Positions 16,949-24,000 of a stretch of DNA of 24,000 nucleotides are shown here, one piece after another. The stretch is from NCBI RefSeq assembly GCF_036881715.1, contig NZ_JBAKBF010000004.1, positions 258,694-282,693 of the forward strand. The letters are read 5' to 3'. Positions within the stretch are counted from its first letter, which is position 1. The number at the start of each line of letters is the position of its first letter. The DNA comes from Pannonibacter anstelovis. GTDB lineage: Bacteria; Pseudomonadota; Alphaproteobacteria; Rhizobiales; Stappiaceae. The translations under genes were made by a program, and so were the position numbers. Under the pieces are notes generated by a model, which made no database searches, was not told where the DNA came from, and saw only the letters and a list, made by a program, of their open reading frames with translations.

Positions 16949-17198
16949 CGCTGGAATCCCGCCGTTTGCAAAGGGGCTTGCACCGCAACTGGCACCGCAA
17001 GTCTCAGGCTGCATGCGGGCTCGAGGCCTCCGGTCGTGAATGGGCAAATGCGATCGCGGCAGCTGGTCTGCGCCGCTCTTCCGGCTTTCAGGCTGCCCCA
17101 AATGAGCTTTCCCACGCCCGGCTTCATGCGTAGCGGATCGTTGCCGCTGCCGGACGCCGCTCGCTCCGGGCCTCTTGCCAAAGACTGGCCATGTCAAA

Positions 17199-17212
17199 TT
17201 GCAAAACATCAA
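17199..17212. promoter_or_regulatory. Degenerate FNR/CRP-family box TTGCA-AAAC-ATCAA
   Basis: Keeps the TTG-N8-CAA core and a perfect right half-site. Centred 38 bp upstream of the perfect box at 17237-17250. Confidence 0.4.
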
Positions 17213-17236
17213 CTTAAATGACTTAAGTCTCTCAAG

Positions 17237-17250
17237 TTGATAAAAATCAA
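17237..17250. promoter_or_regulatory. Perfect FNR/FixK/NnrR-type box TTGAT-AAAA-ATCAA upstream of the nos cluster
   Basis: Exact match to the TTGAT-N4-ATCAA consensus used by FNR/CRP-family denitrification regulators. It sits in the only AT-rich patch of the window, 35 nt before the first ATG of the nos-linked small ORF. No other such box was seen in the window. Confidence 0.7.
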
Positions 17251-17284
17251 AGAAACCTCGGGCCCGGCTGGTCTAACTCGGGCT

Positions 17285-17701
17285 ATGAACACCCGTGTCC
17301 CCCGGCCCGTCTTTTCCGTCCTGCTCGCCTGCCTGCTGTTGGCCGTAGCGGTGCTGACGGGCTTTGGCATGGGGGCAAAGGCCGGGGTGCCCCATACGGG
17401 CCAAAGTGCCAAGGTCATCGAATTCGTCATCTGCACTGACGATGGTATGCGCATCGTCAAGATGGACGAGCACGGGCAGGTGCTGGACGAGGATGCGAAG
17501 ACCGGCCATTCGGCGCCCTGCTGCGACGGCCAATGCCTTGGCTGCCTCATGTGTTCTTCTTCGGCAGGAAACACGCCTGCGGCCGTTTCCCTTCACGCCC
17601 CCGCCTCCAGCCAGCCAGCGCCAGTATGGGCGGCCGCGTTTGCACCCGGTCAGGTGCTGATGCGCGCCTCCCAGCGCGCACCGCCAAGGACAGGCCGATG
17701 A
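17285..17701 (+). CDS. Small secreted or membrane-anchored Cys-cluster protein, NosC-like (138 aa)
   Basis: High-GC3 ORF directly downstream of the FNR box. N-terminal signal/anchor (MNTRVPRPVFSVLLACLLLAVAVLTGF). Cys cluster CCDGQCLGCLMC at 17519-17554 contains CxxCxxC. Its stop TGA at 17699-17701 overlaps the nosR ATG at 17698 (ATGA). Position and motif fit the poorly characterised nosC of Paracoccus-type nosCRZDFYLX clusters. No obvious SD. Confidence 0.55.
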   Translation: MNTRVPRPVFSVLLACLLLAVAVLTGFGMGAKAGVPHTGQSAKVIEFVICTDDGMRIVKMDEHGQVLDEDAKTGHSAPCCDGQCLGCLMCSSSAGNTPAAVSLHAPASSQPAPVWAAAFAPGQVLMRASQRAPPRTGR

Positions 17702-19992
17702 CAGACTTGCGCTTCCGCACCTCCCCCGCGGCCACTCCCTCATTCGTCCGCACTCTGCTCGCCGGACTGCTGACCGCTTTCCTGCTCCTGATCACACCGG
17801 CCATGCCGGTGGTGGCCCAACAGATCAAGGACAGCTCACAGCTTTCCCATTTCCTGCCGCAGGTCACACCTGCCTCGCTGGTGGAAGGGGCAGATGCCTT
17901 TGGCCCTGTCCGGCCGGATCTTGCCGCCGCGCCCGTGCTGCGCGGGGGAGAAACGATCGCCTATGCTTTCGTCACCTCCGACTTTGCCGGCACGACGGGC
18001 TATTCCGGCAAGCCCATCCACGTGATGGTGGCCATCGGCACCGATGGGCTGCTGAAGGGCGTAAAGCTGCTGAAACATGCCGAGCCCATCGTTCTGGTCG
18101 GTATTCCCGAGGCACGGATGGTGGAGCTGATCGAGGGCTACAAGGGCCTCGACGTGGCCAAGGAAGCAGCCTCCGGCGGCTCCAGCCACGACCTTAAGAT
18201 CATTTCAGGCGCCACCGTGACGGTGATGGTGATCGACGATTCCGTCGTGCGCGCCAGCATCAAGGTGGCCCGCAGCCTCGGGCTCGGCGGGCTTTCCACC
18301 GAAGCCCCCGCTGCAGGCCCGCTGCGTGTCATAGATCCGGAAGCCAAAGCCGCAGACGACTGGCTGACCCAGACCGGCGACGGCACCATCCGCCGCCTGT
18401 CGCTGGATGTCGGACAGGTCAACGCCGCCTTTGCTGCCCTGCCGGACCAGCGCGCTGCAGAGCGCCCGGAGGAAGGCCCGGCGGATGCCACTTTCATCGA
18501 CCTTTATGCGACGCTCGTCAGCATTCCCGGCATTGGCGCAAGCCTGCTGGAGCCGGGCGAAAAGGCCGCCATCGACGCCTGGCTGAAGCCGGGGGACAGC
18601 GCCCTTCTGCTGGCTGCCAGAGGCCGCTATTCCTTCAAGGGCTCGGGCTATGTGCGCGGCGGCATCTTCGACCGGGTGCATCTCATTCAGGGCGACATAT
18701 CCGTCCGCTTCCGCGACAAGGACCACAAGCGTGCAGGCCCGCTGGCCCTTGCCGGAGCGCCGGAGCTGAGCGAACGCGACATCTTCCGCATCCCGGCAAA
18801 CTCGGGCTTCAACCCGGCTGAGCCCTTCCGCATCCAGCTTCTGGTCCAGCGCAATGTGGGTCCGATCGAGAAGCTGTTCACCACCTTCGATCTCGGCTGG
18901 CAGTCCCCGGCGGCCTTCGTCAAGACGCTCAGCCCCGCCCCATCTGAAAACCCGGCAGCATCAACGCCCCTGGCCTCTGATACACCGCAGGCCGGAATCG
19001 ATGACGAAGCCAGCGCCAAGACGCAGCTTTGGCAGCGCATCTGGCGCAGCAAGACCCTGGAAATTGCCGGTGTCACCATCATGCTGGCGGTGCTGACCTT
19101 TGCCTTCTTCTTCCAGACCTTCCTCACCCGGTCGGCACGGGTGACGCACTGGTTCCGGATGAGCTTCCTCACCGTGACGCTGGTGTTCCTCGGCTGGTAC
19201 GCCAATGCACAGCTGTCGGTGGTCAACATCTTCGCGCTGGCCGCTTCGGTGAAGTCCGGCTTCACCTGGGAAGCGTTCCTGCTCGATCCGCTGACCTTCA
19301 TCCTGTGGTTCTCGGTGGCCGCTGCGCTGATCTTCTGGGGCCGGGGGGCCTACTGCGGGTGGCTGTGCCCCTTCGGCGCGCTGCAGGAGCTGACCAACCG
19401 CATCGCCCGGGCCTTCCGCGTGCCGCAGATCACCCTGCCCTGGGGCCTGCACGAGCGGCTGTGGGCGGTGAAATACATCGTCTTCCTCGGCCTGTTCGGC
19501 GTCTCGCTCGCTTCGCTGGAGCAGGCCGAGCATCTGGCGGAAATCGAGCCGTTCAAGACCGCCATCGTGCTGAAATTCGCACGCGGCTGGCCCTTCCTCC
19601 TCTATGTGGGCACGCTGCTGGTGGCCGGGCTTTTCGTCGAGCGTTTCTACTGCCGCTACCTGTGCCCGCTGGGCGCCGCGCTCGCCATTCCGGCCCGTAT
19701 CCGGATGTTCGACTGGCTGAAGCGCTACCACGAGTGCGGCAACCCCTGCCAGACCTGCGCCAACACCTGCCCGGTGCAGGCCATTCATCCGACCGGTGAG
19801 ATCAACCCCAATGAATGCGTCAACTGCATGAATTGCCAGGTGCTCTACCAGTCCGAAACGAGATGCCCCGTCGTCATGCGCAAGCTGAAGCGGCGGGCAG
19901 CGGCCGGCACGGGCGAACGCCCGGCCCCGTCCGAGGGCCACAAGCCCGTGATCAACACGCCAAGCCTGAAAAAGGGACAAGCACATGTCTGA
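17698..19992 (+). CDS. nosR: NosR, membrane-bound FMN / iron-sulfur flavoprotein required for N2O reductase expression and activity
   Basis: N-terminal TM/signal segment. Periplasmic FMN-binding domain with flavinylation-type motif ..[11 protein letters not shown].. (Thr173, nt 18214-18216). Several TM helices. Two CX3CP motifs ([16 protein letters not shown]). Two C-terminal ferredoxin-type Cys clusters ([13 protein letters not shown]; [12 protein letters not shown]). It lies immediately upstream of nosZ and overlaps it. Confidence 0.93.
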   Translation: MTDLRFRTSPAATPSFVRTLLAGLLTAFLLLITPAMPVVAQQIKDSSQLSHFLPQVTPASLVEGADAFGPVRPDLAAAPVLRGGETIAYAFVTSDFAGTTGYSGKPIHVMVAIGTDGLLKGVKLLKHAEPIVLVGIPEARMVELIEGYKGLDVAKEAASGGSSHDLKIISGATVTVMVIDDSVVRASIKVARSLGLGGLSTEAPAAGPLRVIDPEAKAADDWLTQTGDGTIRRLSLDVGQVNAAFAALPDQRAAERPEEGPADATFIDLYATLVSIPGIGASLLEPGEKAAIDAWLKPGDSALLLAARGRYSFKGSGYVRGGIFDRVHLIQGDISVRFRDKDHKRAGPLALAGAPELSERDIFRIPANSGFNPAEPFRIQLLVQRNVGPIEKLFTTFDLGWQSPAAFVKTLSPAPSENPAASTPLASDTPQAGIDDEASAKTQLWQRIWRSKTLEIAGVTIMLAVLTFAFFFQTFLTRSARVTHWFRMSFLTVTLVFLGWYANAQLSVVNIFALAASVKSGFTWEAFLLDPLTFILWFSVAAALIFWGRGAYCGWLCPFGALQELTNRIARAFRVPQITLPWGLHERLWAVKYIVFLGLFGVSLASLEQAEHLAEIEPFKTAIVLKFARGWPFLLYVGTLLVAGLFVERFYCRYLCPLGAALAIPARIRMFDWLKRYHECGNPCQTCANTCPVQAIHPTGEINPNECVNCMNCQVLYQSETRCPVVMRKLKRRAAAGTGERPAPSEGHKPVINTPSLKKGQAHV

Positions 19993-21934
19993 TGCGAATG
20001 AAACCGGCGGCCTCACACGCCGCCAGCTGATGGGCGCCACCGCCGCAGGCGGCGCGGCCCTCGGATCGGTTGCCGTTGGCGCCGTCGCCCTCACGGCCGG
20101 CAGTTCCGGCGCACTTCTGGCCGGAACGGGCACCGCAGCGGCAGCCTCGGGCGGCGCGGCAAGCGGCCATGTCGCGCCTGGAGAACTGGACGAATATTAC
20201 GGCTTCTGGTCTTCCGGCCAGACGGGCGAGATGCGCATTCTGGGCCTGCCGTCCATGCGCGAACTGATGCGCGTGCCGGTGTTCAACCGCTGCTCGGCCA
20301 CCGGCTGGGGCCAGACGAACGAGTCCCTCAAGGTCATGACGGAAAACATGACCGAAAGGACGAAGAAGTACCTCGCCGCCAACGGCAAGAAGATCCACGA
20401 CAACGGCGACCTGCACCACGTCCACATGTCCTTCACCGAAGGCAAGTACGACGGCCGCTTCCTGTTCATGAACGACAAGGCCAACACCCGCGTCGCCCGC
20501 GTGCGCTGCGACGTGATGAAATGCGACAAGATCCTCGAAATCCCAAATGCCAAGGCCATCCACGGCCTGCGCCCGCAGAAGTGGCCGCGCACCAACTATG
20601 TCTTCGCCAATGGCGAGGATGAGGGCCCGATGGTCAATGACGGCAAGATCCTCGACGATCCGTCCCAGTACGTGAACTTCTACACCGCCATCAACGCCGA
20701 CGAGATGACCGTGGCCTGGCAGGTGATGGTGTCGGGCAACCTCGACAACACCGACGCCGACTATGATGGCAAGTATGCCTTCTCCACGAGCTACAACTCG
20801 GAAATGGGCATGAACCTTGCCGACATGACCAAGTCTGACCGGGACCATGTCGTAGTCTACAACATTGCCGAAATCGAAAAGGGCATCGCCGCCGGTGACT
20901 ATATCGAGCTGAACGGCGTCAAGGTGATCGACGGCCGCAAGGGCAAGAACAAGAATTACACCCGCTACATCCCGGTGCCGAACAACCCGCACGGCTGCAA
21001 CATGGCCCCGGACAAGATCCACCTGTGCATCGCGGGCAAACTGTCGCCAACCGTTACCGTGATCGACGTGCGCAAGCTGGATGACGTGTTCTACAAGAAC
21101 GCAGACCCGCGCTCGGCCGTCGTGGCCGAACCGGAATTGGGCCTCGGGCCGCTTCACACCGCCTTCGACGGCAAGGGCAACGCCTATACGACGCTCTTCC
21201 TCGACAGCCAGGTCGTGTTCTGGAACATCGAAAAAGCCGTGCGCGCCTTTGCGGGCGAGAAGGTCGATCCGATCATCTCCAAGACGGATGTGCACTACCA
21301 GCCGGGCCACAACTCCACCTCCATGGGCGAAACGCTGGAGGCGGACGGCAAGTACTACATCTCGATGAACAAGTTCTCCAAGGACCGCTACATCAACGTC
21401 GGCCCGCTGAAGCCGGAGAACGAGCAGCTCTTTGCCATCGACGGCGACAAGCTGACCCTCATCCATGACGGGCCGACCTTTGCCGAGCCGCATGACTCCA
21501 TCGTCGTGCACCGCTCCGTGGTGAACCCCGTGCATGTGTGGGACCGCAACGATCCGTTCTTTGCCGATGCCCGCAAGCAGGCCGAGGCCGATGGTGTGGA
21601 CCTCGACTACGCCGCCGACGTGATCCGCGACGGCAACAAGGTGCGCGTCTACATGCACTCGGTCGCCCCGGCCTTCAGCCTGGAGACCTTCACCGTGAAG
21701 GAGGGTGATGAGGTGACCGTCTATGTGACCAACATGGACGACATCGAGGATCTGACCCACGGCTTCTGCATGGGCGACCATGGCGTCGCCATGGAAGTGG
21801 CACCGCAGGCCACCGCCTCGGTAACCTTCACCGCCGCCAAGCCCGGCGTCTACTGGTACTACTGCCAGTGGTTCTGCCATGCGCTGCACATGGAAATGCG
21901 CGGCCGTATGTTCGTCGAACCGAAGGAAGCCTGA
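19985..21934 (+). CDS. nosZ: Nitrous-oxide reductase NosZ, clade I (Tat-exported)
   Basis: Twin-arginine signal ([20 protein letters not shown]). Conserved blocks: ..[34 protein letters not shown].., ..[10 protein letters not shown].., ..PHGCN.., ..[13 protein letters not shown].., ..DVHYQPGH... CuA site ..HGFCM....[12 protein letters not shown]... 649 aa. Confidence 0.97.
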   Translation: MSDANETGGLTRRQLMGATAAGGAALGSVAVGAVALTAGSSGALLAGTGTAAAASGGAASGHVAPGELDEYYGFWSSGQTGEMRILGLPSMRELMRVPVFNRCSATGWGQTNESLKVMTENMTERTKKYLAANGKKIHDNGDLHHVHMSFTEGKYDGRFLFMNDKANTRVARVRCDVMKCDKILEIPNAKAIHGLRPQKWPRTNYVFANGEDEGPMVNDGKILDDPSQYVNFYTAINADEMTVAWQVMVSGNLDNTDADYDGKYAFSTSYNSEMGMNLADMTKSDRDHVVVYNIAEIEKGIAAGDYIELNGVKVIDGRKGKNKNYTRYIPVPNNPHGCNMAPDKIHLCIAGKLSPTVTVIDVRKLDDVFYKNADPRSAVVAEPELGLGPLHTAFDGKGNAYTTLFLDSQVVFWNIEKAVRAFAGEKVDPIISKTDVHYQPGHNSTSMGETLEADGKYYISMNKFSKDRYINVGPLKPENEQLFAIDGDKLTLIHDGPTFAEPHDSIVVHRSVVNPVHVWDRNDPFFADARKQAEADGVDLDYAADVIRDGNKVRVYMHSVAPAFSLETFTVKEGDEVTVYVTNMDDIEDLTHGFCMGDHGVAMEVAPQATASVTFTAAKPGVYWYYCQWFCHALHMEMRGRMFVEPKEA

Positions 21935-21935
21935 G

Positions 21936-23279
21936 ATGCAGCGCGGCCCGGCACTTCTCCTGCTGGCGTTCTGCCTTGCTGGCGCCCTTCCGGCGGCAGC
22001 GGAGACGCGGCGGGTTGCGTCCGTGCCGGGCGCGCTGGCGCAGGCAATCGCCGGGGCCAGCCCCGGCGACATCCTCGTGCTGGAGCCGGGAAACCATCCC
22101 GGCCCCGTCACGCTCGGGTTCCCGCTGACACTGCAAGGCGAGGCGGGCGCGCATCTGTCCGGCGATGGCACCGGAAACACGGTGACCATCACAGGCCCGG
22201 ATGTAACCGTCACGGGCCTTGCCATCAGCGGTTCGGGCAATGATGCAACGGATATCAGCAGCGGTATCTTTGTGGCGCAGAGCGCGCGCAATGCAAGGAT
22301 CACGGACAATCTTCTGACAGGGAACCTGCACGGCATCACCCTGCACGGAGCGAAGGACAGCCTTGTCAGCGGCAACCGGATCGAAGGCCGCCGCAGCGGC
22401 CATGTCAACGACCGGGGCAACGGCGTCTATGTGTGGAACGCGCCGGGCACCATCGTGGAAGGAAACGACATCCGCTGGGGACGGGATGGCATCTTCGCCA
22501 ATGCCTCGAAGCAGAACATCTTCCGCAACAACCGTATGCGGGACCTGCGCTTTGCGGTCCATTACATGTACACCAACAACAGCGAAGTCTCGGGCAATGT
22601 CTCCATCGGCAACACGCTCGGCTATGCGCTGATGTTCTCCAACAGGATCACCGTGACGGGCAACCAGTCGCTGGCCGACCGGCGCCACGGTTTGATGCTG
22701 AACTATGCCAACAACGCGATAATCTCCGGTAATCTTGTGCGCGGGCTAAGGACGGAAAAATGCACCTTCATCTACAACGCCCACAAGAACCGCATTTCCG
22801 GTAACCGTTTCGAGGGCTGCGAGACCGGCATCCATTTCACCGCCGGCTCGGAACGCAACGTCATCACTGGCAATGCCTTCATCGCCAACCGCACCCAGGT
22901 GAAATATGTCGGCACGCGGCATGTGGAGTGGAGCGAGGCAGGACGGGGCAACTACTGGTCCGGCCACACGGCCTATGACCTCAACGGCGACGGCATCGCC
23001 GACAGCGTGTTCCGCCCCAATGACCTGATGGACCACATTCTCTGGTCCCAGCCCTCCGCCGCGCTTTTGCTGGGCTCACCAGCGGTGCAGCTGGTGCGCT
23101 GGAGCCAGCAATCCTTCCCCGCCATCCTGCCCGGCGGTGTCACCGACAGTGCGCCGCTGACCCGGCCCTTTACCATTCCCGTGAACGCAGACAATGCCGC
23201 GCTCGAACAGCGCGCGCTTGAAGATGCCAGCCAGAGACAGCAAGCCGATGACGATCCTGAAGATCTCGCAGCTCACTAA
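21936..23279 (+). CDS. nosD: NosD, periplasmic parallel beta-helix protein of the NosDFY CuZ-maturation ABC complex
   Basis: The ATG lies 1 nt after the nosZ stop. Signal peptide (MQRGPALLLLAFCLAGALPAAA). Repeated ..I.GN.I.. beta-helix turns (NRIEG, NDIRWG, NRMRD, NLVRG, NRFEG, NAFIAN). Canonical position between nosZ and nosF. Confidence 0.92.
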   Translation: MQRGPALLLLAFCLAGALPAAAETRRVASVPGALAQAIAGASPGDILVLEPGNHPGPVTLGFPLTLQGEAGAHLSGDGTGNTVTITGPDVTVTGLAISGSGNDATDISSGIFVAQSARNARITDNLLTGNLHGITLHGAKDSLVSGNRIEGRRSGHVNDRGNGVYVWNAPGTIVEGNDIRWGRDGIFANASKQNIFRNNRMRDLRFAVHYMYTNNSEVSGNVSIGNTLGYALMFSNRITVTGNQSLADRRHGLMLNYANNAIISGNLVRGLRTEKCTFIYNAHKNRISGNRFEGCETGIHFTAGSERNVITGNAFIANRTQVKYVGTRHVEWSEAGRGNYWSGHTAYDLNGDGIADSVFRPNDLMDHILWSQPSAALLLGSPAVQLVRWSQQSFPAILPGGVTDSAPLTRPFTIPVNADNAALEQRALEDASQRQQADDDPEDLAAH

Positions 23280-24000
23280 GACCTTCGGGCCGCTCACCGC
23301 CCTTGCCGCTGTCAGCCTTGAGGTGGCGCAGGGCGAGCGGGTGGCCCTGACCGGCCATAACGGTGCGGGCAAGACGACCCTGATGAAGACCGTGCTCGGG
23401 CTTCTGGCCCCCGGCAGCGGCACGGTGACGGTCGGCGGCCACCAGCCCGGCAGCCAGCGCGCCCGCGAGGCGACGGCCTATCTGCCGGAAAATGCCGCCT
23501 TTCACCCGGCCCTCACCGGACGCGAGCAGCTCGGCCTCTATCTGCGCCTGCGCGGTGAGCCGGCCGCCAAGGGCCCTGCCCTGCTGGAGAGGGTGGGGCT
23601 GGCGCAGGCGATGAACAGGCGCATCGGCACCTATTCCAAGGGCATGCGCCAGCGCGTTGGCCTGGCTCAGGCGCTGATCGGACGTCCGAAGCTGATGGTG
23701 CTGGACGAGCCGACCAGCGGGCTGGATCCGGTGTCGCGGCAGGAATTCTACGCCATTCTGGACGATCTGGCGCGGGAGGGAACGGCCATCCTCCACTCCT
23801 CACACGCCCTGACGGAAGTGGAAGCGCGGACGGACCGGATCGCCATCCTGTCGCAAGGGCAGCTGATGGCCCATGACACACTGGCAGCCCTTCGGCTCTC
23901 CGCCCGCCTGCCCTTGCGTTTTCACCTCACCCTTGCGCCCGGCCAGAGCAAAGCCGCAATGGCGGCGCTGGCGGAAAGGCTGGCGGAGGGAGAGATGACC
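23248..24000 (+). CDS. nosF: NosF, ABC ATPase of the NosDFY complex (3' end outside window)
   Basis: Not in the ORF track because it has no stop inside the window. The ATG at 23248 overlaps the nosD 3' end by 32 nt. Walker A GHNGAGKTT, signature YSKGMRQRVGLAQ, Walker B MVLDEPTSGLD. The frame is open to the window end. Confidence 0.9.
   Translation, partial: MTILKISQLTKTFGPLTALAAVSLEVAQGERVALTGHNGAGKTTLMKTVLGLLAPGSGTVTVGGHQPGSQRAREATAYLPENAAFHPALTGREQLGLYLRLRGEPAAKGPALLERVGLAQAMNRRIGTYSKGMRQRVGLAQALIGRPKLMVLDEPTSGLDPVSRQEFYAILDDLAREGTAILHSSHALTEVEARTDRIAILSQGQLMAHDTLAALRLSARLPLRFHLTLAPGQSKAAMAALAERLAEGEMT

Noticed and set aside
16980-17000. Tandem direct repeat GCACCGCAA-ctg-GCACCGCAA.
   Set aside because: There are only two 9-bp copies with no further periodicity or symmetry. 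This is too little to call a binding site or repeat element. It is mentioned only as part of the spacer finding.
17237-17284. TTG start at 17237 given by the ORF track for the NosC-like ORF.
   Set aside because: This TTG is the first half-site of the perfect FNR-type box, so it is almost certainly regulatory DNA. The ATG at 17285 starts directly with a signal-peptide-like sequence.
17533-17697. Upstream extension of the nosR ORF (ATG at 17533), overlapping the Cys-cluster region of the small ORF.
   Set aside because: The extension (MPWLPHVFFFGRKHACGRFPSRPRL..) is unlike a NosR N-terminus. The ATG at 17698 gives a charged N-region followed by a hydrophobic segment and forms an ATGA junction with the upstream ORF.
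19952-22420. 822-codon ORF on the minus strand, opposite nosZ and the start of nosD. It is the longest ORF in the track.
   Set aside because: Its translation is an Arg/Ala/Gly/Val/His-rich string with no recognisable domain. It lies exactly antisense to an unmistakable nosZ. It is the classic stop-codon-poor shadow frame of a high-GC gene.
1-24000. Search for defence systems, toxin-antitoxin pairs, CRISPR arrays, integrases/transposases, IS ends, tRNA/rRNA genes and phage remnants.
   Set aside because: I found none: no repeat-spacer periodicity, no tRNA T-loop/acceptor patterns, no recombinase or nuclease/helicase-type ORFs, and no compositional break apart from the short AT-rich nos promoter patch. 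The window reads as metabolic/transport plus denitrification genes.

Overview
High-GC window that looks alphaproteobacterial, judged by eye from codon style and protein families. It is densely coding: I support 21 CDS, 20 on the + strand and 1 on the - strand. Many neighbours are linked by ATGA or other short start/stop overlaps.

Five modules, in order:
(1) 1-7226: a catabolic/uptake block. It holds the 3' end of a KGSADH-type aldehyde dehydrogenase, a DctPQM-type TRAP transporter, the FAD D-lactate dehydrogenase Dld, an ornithine cyclodeaminase/mu-crystallin family enzyme and a threonine-dehydratase/serine-racemase-type PLP enzyme.
(2) 7379-10380: a MerA-like flavoprotein disulfide reductase homologue, start/stop-overlapped with a YnjF-like CDP-alcohol phosphatidyltransferase, followed by a TVP38/TMEM64 (DedA-superfamily) membrane protein.
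(3) 10473-15213: a YnjB/YnjC/YnjD-like ABC importer whose ATPase gene overlaps a second FAD oxidoreductase of the type found fused N-terminal to SelD.
(4) 15199-16948: a TetR regulator divergent from a DUF418/YeiB-like membrane protein, with a perfect 40-bp nested palindromic operator between them.
(5) 17199-24000: a clade I nitrous-oxide reductase cluster, nosR-nosZ-nosD-nosF (nosF runs off the window). It is preceded by two FNR/NnrR-type boxes and a small secreted Cys-cluster ORF (NosC-like) whose stop overlaps the nosR start.

I found no rRNA/tRNA genes, CRISPR arrays, transposases/integrases or recognisable defence genes. The least-understood content is the ynj-like lipid/redox/ABC neighbourhood (7379-15213) and the NosC-like ORF with its promoter. 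Nothing here can be called a new system without database searches and experiments. All family assignments come from motif recognition by eye, not from searches.
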